From assembly GCA_047967505.1 (NCBI GenBank), contig CM106538.1: 64,000 nt of DNA, one strand, 5' to 3'. Below are positions 49,049 to 60,662 of the stretch, in pieces. The DNA is from Dipteris shenzhenensis. Lineage: Eukaryota. Every line of letters starts with the position of its first letter. Within the stretch, counting starts at the first letter, position 1. Made by a program: the position numbers and the translations under genes. The notes under the pieces are model-generated. The model saw nothing but the letters and a program-made list of their open reading frames with translations, made no database searches and was not told where the DNA came from.

Positions 49049-49620
49049 TTTTTTTCTCTACATAATAGAACTATTAAAGCTCGAAAATCACTATAGAAAA
49101 AACTAGTTGTCACAAAGAAACCGACACACTTTCTAGAGAACCCGGCTCACTGCCTAGGGAGTCTCTATAACAGGGGCTAACAAATAGGGCGGTGGTCTAT
49201 ACATCTAGCAAATATCTCGTGGTACTGATGTGAAAAATGCCTACAGGCCAAGCCTTGCAAAAACGCTCCCTCTTGTGGTGGTCACTCTGGAACCTGGAGT
49301 ACCGCTCTCCCAAATGGTGTGCAGGGTGAATATGATGTCCTATTAGATGGTAATGAGGGTGCCGCCAAGAGACCTGATGGGCTCCCATCACCTGACCGTG
49401 GTGGGCAATCCAGATGTTCCAAACAGTGATGTTAGACACTGTCTCCCAAATACTATCCATTGGCGAAGTCAAAGGGCGCACATGGAAGGGGGGTGATGCA
49501 TCATATGCTTCAGTCCTAGAGACATGTTGGTTTAGGATCTTGTATGCCGAAGAGACTGGGTCAACGGATAAAGTGTGCCTGCCCTCCGTAGGCCATGCCA
49601 CCTCCCCCATGTGAAGTCCT
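49049..49620 (-). mobile_element. 5'-truncated family B-like L1 3' end
   Basis: Poly(T) at 49049; WETVSNITVWNIW resembles WEIISSIAGWHIW at ~45820. Confidence 0.7.
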
Positions 49621-50130
49621 GCTGCGTGTGGTTACAATCCACTGGCTGTCAGTGTAGTAGTTAGTTGTCACCTCGTCGCTCGCTTTTGGTATCGGTGTAG
49701 TAGAGTTGCCGCGTCATCATGTGCAAGCCAGGCCTTCGCTATTCTCAAGCTCCCCGCTCTGCTAGGTGGCCTCTGCTACTCCCACTCATCACCCTCGATT
49801 GTCTATCCTTGGTTCCGATTTCGTTCCAACTTCCATAGCTGGATTTTGCCAACTCCTTTCGCCTCAGCTCAGGTGTTCTTCTGTCCTGGCCGGGTACCTT
49901 TGGTGTCTCTCCAAGCAGACAGGTCTTCAAACACCGTAAATCGTCCTCAAACACTCGGATGTATCTTTTATAGAAATATGCTAATCTAAGAAACTACCGT
50001 AGCTCGTCACCTGTTAGCATGAATTGCTGCTCTCAATGTCTATGCACTCAATCCTATACAGTGCTATGCTCAATCGACTCAATTTCGCACTCGTTCTTTT
50101 AGCACATCATTCCCTAGTAGGATCACCAAA

Positions 50131-50738
50131 TGTTGACGGTCTTTTCCTCTCACCCCTCAGTTGACCAGTCAAGCATGTGCTCAGATGTGAACAATGCTAT
50201 GGTCTCAGTGGTAGATGCCCTCTCTTGCAACTCTAGGTTGCTTGGTGAGCCAGACCTACTCGGTGCTTAGGTGCAGAAGTTCGACCTCTAGAACTATCAT
50301 GAGGGTTTATACTGCATGGGCGAAACCATTTGAAGATGAGTAGATGAGTGTGCACAAGGGAAATACAAGTCATTTTACAAGAATTTAATGCATAATCGAG
50401 ATGCAAAAACGAATACATGTGTTACCAAAAGGCCTCGGCCTGTTACAAACAACCATAGCTGCAGTCCACACACAACTAGAGACACATACACTTGAGGTGC
50501 AAACTCTGACTACAAACCCAACAAGAGGGCAAGTGAAAAGCCCACTCTACATCAAACTCAAGACTAGCCCCACCCCATGCCCCCCCCCCCCCCATTGACA
50601 CCCTAGGATCGGTCACATGGCATGGCCTTCGCTTGCTTTTCATGGGTACTCGGGGTCATGCCACTTAGCTCCTCAGTGAAGCACTCAGGTTACCATTGTT
50701 CGCCTACCTCCTCGTAGGTGGGTAATCAAGGGCCAACA
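50131..50738. mobile_element. Rearranged LTR with one half inverted
   Basis: 50131-50340 is the reverse complement of ~44090-44290, while 50490-50738 is a direct match to 44350-44407 plus 46277-46491. Confidence 0.7.
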
Positions 50739-51348
50739 CTTTTCAGCATCCACGACTCCGCCTCCCTCCCTTTCTTCTCCCCCACCCTTCTTTTCTGGCT
50801 CCTCCAGCCCTTGGTTGTTGCGCTACCAACTGGAAGTTTCTGTGTGCCGAACTGGTGCTAGGCTTTCTTTTTTCTCCCCCGTCCCAAGTTCAACCTCTCC
50901 CCTCGCCCCTTTCCACTCTCTCTTTCTTCCACCCTACACGGTTGTGTGCCCAAGGCAGCCCATCTAGCTGCCTGACTATTTGTAGGTAGCAGGGAAAATC
51001 TTGTGGGTTGCATTCATGCCCCCTCCCTCTCTTTTACCAATCCCTCACCATTTCGCCTTCTCCCAGTTCTTACGCCTCTATGCTTGGGTATTGATGAGAA
51101 ACATAAGTATTGCTTTGCTTACTAAGTTGTTTCCCTTCCATAATTTTTCAAGCCCTCTTCTAAAGCCACCCCCCCCCCTTCTCTCTTTTTTTAAAAAAAA
51201 GAAAAGGGGGGGGGGAAAAGAGAGAAAAAAAAAAAGAAACTTCGACCTCCTGCAGTCCCTTCTTTGCCCCCATAATGAAAGGAACAGGGGGATGAGGACA
51301 GGAGACTAGGCGGGAGACCCCTCGATCCATATCTGCATACGCGTGGAG

Positions 51349-52577
51349 ATGGGGAAGGGGAACGGTGACAAGGCGAAAACACAAAAGCAACTCAATCTGG
51401 AGGACTTCAACAAACGCAGCAACCGGAGCGGTTTGACAGTGGACAGCACCGCGGCCCAAAAGAAAGGGGCCCACCCAAAGCCCATGCCGCTCACCACATC
51501 CTCGACCTCTATGGTTACCACCATCATCCGCCTCATCATCTACGCCACCTTTCTCCTCCCCCTCTCTTGCATCATCATCATAGGTCTCCTCTCCAGTAGC
51601 CTCACCACTAGCCCCATCAGCCACGGCTCCACAATACTTTCCCCTCGTATCACCTCTACCTCTCAGTCAGCCACCCTTCATCACCTCGTCTGACCTCGCT
51701 ACTCCTACATATCACTCCCCCGCCCAGATCATATTGTCCCCACCCTCAGTACAACCTCAGCAGCCCACCTTCATTCCAACCCCTCTCGAGATCCAGTTCC
51801 CACCTGGACCAGGACATCCTAGGCCCCCACCAGATGCTTGGGACTCCCTATTGGCTGAGATACACAGCATCCGAGCTCGTCAGGCAGAGCTGACACATCA
51901 CACCCAAGAGCGGGCCCGATACACCCAAGAGCAGGCTTGGATTATACACAAGCAGGGCACCCTTATCCAGGGACTTAGACACGACATCACAGCTTCGAGA
52001 GGAGCTCGGGACCCTTAGAGCAGCGCCTGGAGGGACCCTAGTCACAGAGATGGAGGCACAGATAGCCACGATACAGTCGGCTATAGCAGAGACGACTAGA
52101 TGGGTGGACGTGGCAAAACGGGAGCCCGCAAAGGCAACCGTTTCAGCTGCCGTACAAGAGCAGCAGCAGACGGCTTCGAAGGCCCTCAACATCCGGATAC
52201 GAGGGATCACGCGAGACAGCACCAGCACCACTACGACGCCCATGGAGGAGGCGATTACCTTTGTGACCACCACCATGGGGGTCCCCGACCATGGCATAGA
52301 GGGAGCATGGCGTGTTGGGAGAGATCCCAACCGAGAGCAGCCCCTAGTCATTCGCTTCAGAGATTCACATGCTCGACTAGCGACACTCCGACGTCGAGCC
52401 TCTCTACGAGAGCATCCCACCCTGTCCATGGACGAGGACTTGACACCACTACAGATTGAGGAGCGACAAGTTCTTCTGCAGCAGCAGGATGTTGCCCGCA
52501 AGGAGGGGAAATGGGCCGTGGTCCGAGATGGTAGGTTGTTGAACGGCACCCGTCAGGCTCCCACCCGTACCCCCTAG
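51349..52577 (+). pseudogene. ORF1: coiled coil plus RRM/CTD of L1-ORF1 (Tnp22) type, frameshifted
   Basis: LNIRIRGI, AWRVGR, PLVIRF, MDEDLTPLQ, GKWAVVRDGRL. Confidence 0.8.
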
Positions 52578-52619
52578 GGGGACGGGGCCTATGAGACTCA
52601 GGTTTTGAGACCCTAGACT

Positions 52620-54908
52620 GCACCATTTGGAACTGTAATGGCATCTTATGGTCAGACCCAGGGAACTTCTCGGAGTCTTATACACGACGAGACATAGTCT
52701 TTTACACGGAGACACACCAGAGCCCAGAGCGTCCACTACCGATAGTCAGTGGCTACACATGGGAGTCAACCTTCAGGGATGAGACGAGGGATACAGGAGG
52801 AGTCCGAGGATCAAGCGGGGTCACAATATTGTACAGGTCTTCCCTCGCTGGAGCCATCTCCATTGAGAGGAAGGACGCACACTCCCGATTCATGTGGATC
52901 CGGATCCGACTCACAGACACCCGTGACCTTTTCATAGCAATATGCTACTTCCCACCAGACACATCCCACTTCGCCACAGTAGCACGAGAAGAGGGTGAGA
53001 CATCGCCATATGCACCCTTACATCAGGATATCCCAAACCTTTCAGCCCGCAGGGAAGTTCTCCTTGTTGGGGACTTCAACGCCAGGATGCGTACACGACA
53101 TGCACCACTCCTGGACTTTCGAGATGACTCTATCATGCTGCCAGACATGGACCTAGACGGAGCAAGTATGACTAGGACCTCATCGGACCGACACGAGCCT
53201 GTTACACCATATGGACACGTGCTCCTTGATTTGGGCAGGATGCATGATCTCATCATCTACAACGGGCTCGACCTATGGCCCTCCTTAGGTGGTTTTACTT
53301 GCTTCCCACACAGGGGGGGCACTAGTGTAGTAGATTACAGCATGGGATCCCCTACCTTCACTTCATGTATCACCGACTTCACCATAGCACCACTCCCTCC
53401 AGGAGCTGATCACACATACCTATTCTTCACTATCGCCACCCCATGCTTAGCCACACCATATAGGAAGCACGACACCTACCACGACATACACTTTGATCAC
53501 AAACTCTCACCAGCCTACTCTGGACGCCTAAACAGACTCCTAACCTACATCGATCATACCACTCATAGAGGACCGTGCTACCCTGATTAGTCGCACACTC
53601 CACGAGGCTTCCCTCCAAATCTTTCCCCACACCACACGGTCCACTAGACCACCACCTCTTGGTTCTGTATCCTGCAAAAATTGGTACGATGCGGAGTGCA
53701 AGGCTTGTATGTCGGAAGAAGCAGGCTTTTCTTCATCAAAATGACGAGGAGCTGCTGCACATCTTGTACAGCAACAACTCTAAGGATTTTTGGCAGAGAT
53801 TCCTTGAGCGTAGGTCCCCATCACCCCTCACCGACACGAGAGTCTGGCACACGTATGCACACCATCTATATGATGTCCCACACCAGCCCACTCCAGACCT
53901 CATACACACACCTCGTCCCACCACTTGCACGTTGTTCACCAGAGGGGGAGTCAAGGACGCGACATTGAAACTGCACAATGGCCGAGCTAAGGATCACGAG
54001 GGGCTATGCACTGAGTTTATCGCATATGGGATCGACACGTTAGCCCTGATCCTAGCAAAGCTATTCAATGATGCTGTTTGCCTTGGCTTCCCCCACACTT
54101 GGACACTCAACACCATCACCCCCATCCACAAGGTAGGGGATCCCATGGACCCGAGTAACTACATGACTATCATGATTGGACATGTGATGTCCAAGATCTA
54201 TGCAACTGTATTGGATGCATCGGTCAGCCTGTTCGCAAAGATGAGAGGGCTCAGAGCAGATGGTCAGGCCGGTTTCAGGCGAGACCATGGGACTATGGAT
54301 CACATACTCACAATCAGGAGTGTCATTGAGGAGGCCAGATCACGGAAGGAGAGGGTATACTATTGCTTTGTGGATTTCCGCAAAGCCTTTGACACAGTAC
54401 CTCGAGCTCGTCTTATCACACGCCTATAGACACTGGGATTTGATCAGGAGATCATCTGGGCAGTCATGGCACTGTATGAGAGAGTCTCAGGCCGAGTTCG
54501 TACAGGCGCAAGTTGGACAGATGAGATCCTAAGTACCATAGGGGTCAAACAGGGTTGTCCCTTATCACCGACCCTGTTTGGCCTCTACATCGATGAGCTT
54601 GAGACTTTCATGGGGACGTTCGGAGGGACTAGTTGCTCACTTGCCGGGATCATCATCAGGATTCTTCTTTATGTAGATGACGTGGCACTCTTGTCGTCCA
54701 CACCCGAGGGGCTCCAGCGACACCTGGATGCACTGCAGGCTTTTTGTTTATCCCATGATTTGGAGGTCAACCTTGGCAAGACCAAGGTCATGATCTTTAA
54801 CACCTCTCGAGCAAACATGCAACGGAAACAGTTTACTTTTACTTTGGGTGGTAAACCAGTTGAGATCGTATCCTCATACACTTACTTGGGGGTCATCTTC
54901 TCCGGCCC
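52620..54908 (+). pseudogene. ORF2 EN and RT, frameshifted
   Basis: WNCNG, CYFPP, GDFNAR, SVVDY, QAGFRR, CFVDFRKAFDTV, GVKQGCPLSPTLF, LYVDD, KTKVMIFN. Confidence 0.93.
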
Positions 54909-54980
54909 TGTCTGAGGGGGGGGGGGTTTCCTAACACTTCCGGAAGTATTACCGGAGGCCTAGGGCCACTGGTGCGAGAA

Positions 54981-56609
54981 GCGAGTAAGACGTGCCATAA
55001 GTGTCACTGATGGTACGTAGGTGAGTGCTTGTCGATGGTGTCAACTATGTGCAAGCGGTAAATGGTGTCAACTATGTGCAAGCGGTACAAGTGCTGAAGT
55101 GATGTGAGCAGAAGAAAACCAAAGCGGAACAACATCATGAAAGCCATCCCTCGACATGAATAGCAAGAACTTCAACCACATGACACAGGTCCGTTGTACC
55201 AGGTGAAGGGAGAGGAGGGGAGGAGAACACAACGAAAAGAGATTTTAGAGTAGCGAGCAGAGATGGGAAGTAGCATAACTCATTAGAAAGCAAGATGATT
55301 GATACACTCCCAGAAGATACACACGAGGCGAGCTCTTGACTCTAGCCTCTCACTCCTTCACTCACGCCTCTCGCCCCTACGAGAATGTCCCTCCTCCTTT
55401 CCCCTTTCCCCCTCTTCACCTTCTCCTCCTCTGCTCCACCCCCCGCTGCCAATCTCCACTCCTTCTTCCTATTGGATGTCTTCTTACACCCTTAGCCATC
55501 CTTAGCCATTCCACCGTTTGTGGGCCGCTCTGTCCTTGATGGCTTCCGCAACACTCCAGCCTGTCCTGGGTCAGTGAATCCCGTGCTCCATGTGTTCTCT
55601 GCGCTCCTGACACTAGGTGGTTGAGAGGGTTGGTGCACCACCTATGCCTCTTAACTGTTGGACTGCTTCCCATGTGCACCAACAGGTGTATCCCGTGTAC
55701 CATTGCGCCAGTACTTCCCTCTGATTGACTTTGACCATGGTGAGTGAGGTTGAGGTTTGGCACTCTTCAGTCATGTATTGCTTCCGCCATACCCAAGTCA
55801 TGTATAGGTCAAGTCATGTCCAAGTCAAGTCCATGTCATGTCCAAGTCATGTCCATGTCAAGTCATGTCCATGTCAAGTCATGTCCAAGTCTGTTCCATG
55901 TCACGTCCAAGATGTGAACACATGTGAACACGCTGCGACTAGGTATGACCAAGGTCTAACAACTTGGCATGTTGCTGAGGTGATCATGACGTGACTCTTG
56001 GTGGGTCGCCATAAACTTTGAGTACACTTTGAGTACAACAGATCCCCCGCCACTATCATTCACCGTCCCGGTGAATGACTGAGGATCTGTGTGAGAGAAA
56101 GTTAAGTATAAATTACAAATAAGAAAGTGACCTTGTGGTTGATATCCCAAAACTGAAAAGAAAGGGTTCATGGCCTTACAACTGTAAAATTGAAAAAAAA
56201 ACTGGCTCATGGCCATACAACTCCAAAATTCCTTATTTACATGAGACTGCAGAATCCAAAGGGACCGAGCTCGCAAAAAGAAATGCCGAACTAAAAGATC
56301 CAGGAGCTACTGCTTGCTGGATGAAGGTCAGGGAGGGGGAGGGGGTGGGTGTGGTGGGTGTGCCGATGTTCCGGGGCTGGTCCTTGCCTCTTCCTCGACT
56401 GTGTCCATGAGGTTGCGGATGTCCTCGTATTTGGATTTATACCTGTGGTAGCCAGACCTGTAATGTTCACATCGAGATTTGAGAGCAGCATTTTCATCTT
56501 GCAGCCCATGGAAGTTGTCCTGCAACTTGGAATGTGAAACTTGGAGATGGTCTTCCGCCTCGCGAATCTGCTTCATTTGACTCCGCACCACCTCCACCTG
56601 TTGATCCAC
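54981..56609. repeat. 1.63-kb direct repeat, copy 1
   Basis: Nearly identical to 58969-60580 (about 6 substitutions, a 1-bp and a 16-bp indel seen). Confidence 0.97.
55794..55912. repeat. Short tandem array of gtcatgtcca/gtcaa units (also at 59781-59883)
   Basis: Direct reading; the two copies differ by one 16-bp unit. Confidence 0.9.
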
Positions 56610-58247
56610 AGTATGCTTATCCGCAGCCAGTGAGGTGTATCTGTCCTGTAGGGCGGCAAGCTCCCGCTGGATTTGAGCCTGTTGGGCTGAATGATGGTCC
56701 TCCAAAACTTTCTTGGTGGCTGTCCACTCTGCCTCCTTTGCGACAAGACATTGCTGAAACTCGTCGTGCTGAGTTTTCCACGCAGCCTCCCTTGCCTGTA
56801 GAATTGCTCCCCACTCCGCTTCTTTCATTTGCAATGTTGTATCCCATTCTTTATGCATGCTGGCTACCTGCTTCTCATGTTCCAAGCGGAGGTGTTGCTT
56901 CTGTGACCGAAGCTTGCAAACCTGACCCGTAGTATTAAAGAGGGAGGCACCCATCTGAATGAAGCTGTCATCTATAATGCGCTGAGCCATATGAAGGGAC
57001 CTTTTAACCCATGCATACCTGTCCCGGTAGGTCATTCGGTCAGCCATGTCAATAAGTTCGCCATATTCCTCGAAGGCTGCTTTCATCCCCTCTTGCTCTG
57101 GGTCCTCGAGAGCTGCCACTAGAGCCAGTGTGTCGATGTCTAGGTAACAGCTTGGAGCTTGGGATACCTTCTTGTTGGAAGCGATTGTCTCTTGCAAGGG
57201 AAGTGTGAAAATTTGGTCCAGGTCCTCCTCCTCCATGCAAACAGGAGACCGCTTCCGCTTTAAGGCATACAGCAGCCGTTTGTGTTCCTGGCTCTGTTCG
57301 TCTATTTGGGCCTCATGGGTGAATAGATCTCCTAAGGAGGTTGCGAAGTAGGTATCCAACATATCATTTTGAGGAAGTGGAGGACAATCCGCTGGAAAAG
57401 GTATCTTACCCCCAGCAAAAATAACCTCGCCAGGTCGAGTTTCCAGTAAGTCCTGTTCAGCAGCCTCCACACTTGGTTCAGGGGTCAGTCGTCGAGACAC
57501 CCGGGGTGGTGTCTTCGCATCACCAGTGGCTCCCAAAGTAAGATTCAAGTTCAATAACCTGTGTCGTTCTGATGCCTCTCCATCAAGAGATTCCAAGGCA
57601 GAGGTGCCTGCTGCCATAACTTCTGTCGAGGGATCCCCCTGAGTTGGGGGGTTAATGTGCATATCTTTGCACCCTACTGACCCTGATGAGATGATCGGAG
57701 GGGAAATGGTCATGACTGCGGGTGAGGTAAGTGGTATTGTCCTGCCATGGTGGGTGAGACCTGAGGAGGGCAGGGGAGTGACCGGAAGAACATCATCAGG
57801 GAAATCAAAATCTACCTCGAAGGGGATGGATGGAGAGGCGACTCCTGCATGAGCAACTGATGGCAAAGCTCCAGAGGCTGGCCCAAGAGGGAATGGCTCA
57901 GAAACCTGTGCTACAGATGTGGGTGGAGCAAGAGTGGGAATGGGGACTGGAGATGCAGATGTGGGGGGAGCAAGAGTGGGAATGGGGACTGGAGATGCAG
58001 ATGTGGGGGGAGCAAGAGTGGGAATGGGGACTGAAGAGGAAGAGAGGATAGAGACTGATGCAGCAGAGGCCGAGGATGCTGGGGCCGCACGAAGGGCCAG
58101 TGGAGCTGATCTCAAGTGGGGGATCATAGGAGCGGAGGGTGGGCGGTGTGAGGAGAGGATGAAGTATGTGAAGGTGGAGGAAAAAGTGCAGGCGTTGCAG
58201 CCCGCCACTGGTGCAAGAGGTAGGTGAGGTGAGGTCCACAAGTACAA
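56328..58247 (-). CDS. Antisense accessory ORF, C-terminal part: Pro/Ser-rich linker and long coiled coil
   Basis: 639-codon open frame; 14-aa repeat PIPTLAPPTSASPV x3; E/Q/K/L-rich helical C-terminus. Confidence 0.8.
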   Translation of the reverse strand: MYLWTSPHLPLAPVAGCNACTFSSTFTYFILSSHRPPSAPMIPHLRSAPLALRAAPASSASAASVSILSSSSVPIPTLAPPTSASPVPIPTLAPPTSASPVPIPTLAPPTSVAQVSEPFPLGPASGALPSVAHAGVASPSIPFEVDFDFPDDVLPVTPLPSSGLTHHGRTIPLTSPAVMTISPPIISSGSVGCKDMHINPPTQGDPSTEVMAAGTSALESLDGEASERHRLLNLNLTLGATGDAKTPPRVSRRLTPEPSVEAAEQDLLETRPGEVIFAGGKIPFPADCPPLPQNDMLDTYFATSLGDLFTHEAQIDEQSQEHKRLLYALKRKRSPVCMEEEDLDQIFTLPLQETIASNKKVSQAPSCYLDIDTLALVAALEDPEQEGMKAAFEEYGELIDMADRMTYRDRYAWVKRSLHMAQRIIDDSFIQMGASLFNTTGQVCKLRSQKQHLRLEHEKQVASMHKEWDTTLQMKEAEWGAILQAREAAWKTQHDEFQQCLVAKEAEWTATKKVLEDHHSAQQAQIQRELAALQDRYTSLAADKHTVDQQVEVVRSQMKQIREAEDHLQVSHSKLQDNFHGLQDENAALKSRCEHYRSGYHRYKSKYEDIRNLMDTVEEEARTSPGTSAHPPHPPPPPP

Positions 58248-58986
58248 GTGTGTGTGCTTCGGTGTGTGCGATTTCGAACAGTGGCCCGGAATGTTGAATA
58301 AAAGAGGGATGCAAAATCATACTGAGTGATGGTGAAGAGAGCATTGAGAGCAGGACGGATACCTTTCGTGATGTAGTAATGCCCGGGTGCTGAATAGAAG
58401 CGAGTGAAGAAGTAGCGTGTGATCACTGCTTCTCTGCTTCCACCTTCCAAAACCTTTTTGCAATCATATCCCCTCCTGTTGGGTTTGCACTGTGAAAGGA
58501 ATGAAAGGAGATGTGGTGAATTGTCGGAAGGAGGCTGAATAGGGAGAGCAGGGAGCCCCATGTACTGTGAGACCAAATTGGGTGTGAGAAGCTGCCTGGA
58601 GCCCATGAACTCAAAAGTGTCTGTGACATAGTCATAAGATCTGATGAATCCTGTACACAGTTCCACATCCACCGGAGGGAAGATGACCTTGTCGAACTCA
58701 GTTAGACTGAGGGTCTGGATCTCGGAAGATGTCAATACGGAGGATAGTTTGAGGTTCGGATCAAGAAGAGGTTTAAACATAACCCGAACGTGGGAGAGGG
58801 AAGGGGTGGTTACCGAAGGGCTCTGTATCTCCGTTGGCCCACCCGACCCTTCTGAATGTGGTCTCCGTGCGGAGGGGGTGTAATCTGAGCCCCCATGGTC
58901 GGAAGAGGAGGCACTGGAGCTCTGAGAGTGGAAAAGAACCCCCCGCTGCTTGCAAAGTACACAGGTAGGCGAGTAAGACGTGCCAT
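58124..58986 (-). CDS. Antisense accessory ORF, N-terminal part: domain resembling plant transposon protein (Transposase_32/ATHILA-ORF-like)
   Basis: VELCTGFIRSYD..LTPNLVSQYMGLP..YDFASLF..CGPHLTYLL; likely start MARLTR at 58986 in another frame; domain name is by-eye only. Confidence 0.62.
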
Positions 58987-60580
58987 AAGTGTCACTGATG
59001 GTACGTAGGTGAGTGCTTGTCGATGGTGTCAACTATGTGCAAGCGGTAAATGGTGTCAACTATGTGCAAGCGGTACAAGTGCTGAAGTGATGTGAGCAGA
59101 AGAAAACCAAAGCGGAACAACATCATGAAAGCCATCCCTCGACATGAACAGCAAGAACTTCAACCACATGACAGAGGTCCGTTGTACCAGGTGAAGGGAG
59201 AGGAGGGGAGGAGAACACAACGAAAAGAGATTTTAGAGTAGCGAGTAGAGATGGGAAGTAGCATAACTCATTAGAAAGCAAGATGACTGATACACTCCCA
59301 GAAGATACACACGAGGCGAGCTCTTGACTCTAGCCTCTCACTCCTTCACTCACGCCTCTCGCCCCTACGAGAATGTCCCTCCTCCTTTCCCCTTTCCCCC
59401 TCTTCACCTTCTCCTCCTCTGCTCCACCCCCCGCTGCCAATCTCCACTCCTTCTTCCTATTGGATGTCTTCTTACACCCTTAGCCATCCTTAGCCATTCC
59501 ACCGTTTGTGGGCCGCTCTGTCCTTGATGGCTTCCGCAACACTCCAGCCTGTCCTGGGTCAGTGAATCCCGTGCTCCATGTGTTCTCTGCGCTCCTGACA
59601 CTAGGTGGTTGAGAGGGTTGGTGCACCACCTATGCCTCTTAACTGTTGGACTGCTTCCCATGTGCACCAACAGGTGTATCCCGTGTACCATTGCGCCATA
59701 CTTCCCTCTGATTGACTTTGACCATGGTGAGTGAGGTTGAGGTTTGGCACTCTTCAGTCATGTATTGCTTCCGCCATACCCAAGTCATGTATAGGTCAAG
59801 TCATGTCCAAGTCAAGTCCATGTCATGTCCAAGTCATGTCCATGTCAAGTCATGTCCAAGTCTGTTCCATGTCACGTCCAAGATGTGAACACATGTGAAC
59901 ACGCTGCGACTAGGTATGACCAAGGTCTAACAACTTGGCATGTTGCTGAGGTGATCATGACGTGACTCTTGGTGGGTCGCCATAAACTTTGAGTACACTT
60001 TGAGTACAACAGATCCCCCGCCACTATCATTCACCGTCCCGGTGAATGACTGAGGATCTGTGTGAGAGAAAGTTAAGTATAAATTACAAATAAGAAAGTG
60101 ACCTTGTGGTTGATATCCCAAAACTGAAAAGAAAGGGCTCATGGCCTTACAACTGTAAAATTGAAAAAAAAACTGGCTCATGGCCATACAACTCCAAAAT
60201 TCCTTATTTACATGAGACTGCAGAATCCAAAGGGACCGAGCTCGCAAAAAGAAATGCCGAACTAAAAGATCCAGGAGCTACTGCTTGCTGGATGAAGGTC
60301 AGGGAGGGGGAGGGGGTGGGTGTGGTGGGTGTGCCGATGTTCCGGGGCTGGTCCTTGCCTCTTCCTCGACTGTGTCCATGAGGTTGCGGATGTCCTCGTA
60401 TTTGGATTTATACCTGTGGTAGCCAGACCTGTAATGTTCACATTGAGATTTGAGAGCAGCATTTTCATCTTGCAGCCCATGGAAGTTGTCCTGCAACTTG
60501 GAATGTGAAACTTGGAGATGGTCTTCCGCCTCGCGAATCTGCTTCATTTGACTCCGCACCACCTCCACCTGTTGATCCAC
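58969..60580. repeat. 1.63-kb direct repeat, copy 2, ending 5 nt before the PBS
   Basis: See copy 1; offset 3988 bp. Confidence 0.97.
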
Positions 60581-60585
60581 CTTTA

Positions 60586-60603
60586 TGGCGATCACGGTGG
60601 GAC
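60586..60603 (+). other. Primer-binding site, probably tRNA-Arg
   Basis: TGGCGATCACGGTGGGAC is complementary to a tRNA-like 3' end GUCCCACCGUGAUCG-CCA; isoacceptor assignment is from memory and unverified. Confidence 0.7.
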
Positions 60604-60662
60604 ACTGCTGGTGTTGAGTAGCACGAGTGAAGTGGTGATCTAGGGTCCTAGAGAGAGGTCTT

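Larger units (their letters stand above)
51305..54908 (+). mobile_element. RTEX-like LINE (ORF1, EN, RT), cut on the right by the Gypsy insertion
   Basis: ORF1 then ORF2 colinear; ends at YLGVIFSGP; left end approximate. Confidence 0.9.

Noticed and set aside
54981-60580. The two 1.63-kb repeats as LTRs of a separate small element
   Set aside because: No TG at the left boundaries, no PBS after copy 1, no PPT before copy 2, no TSD, and coding frames run through both boundaries
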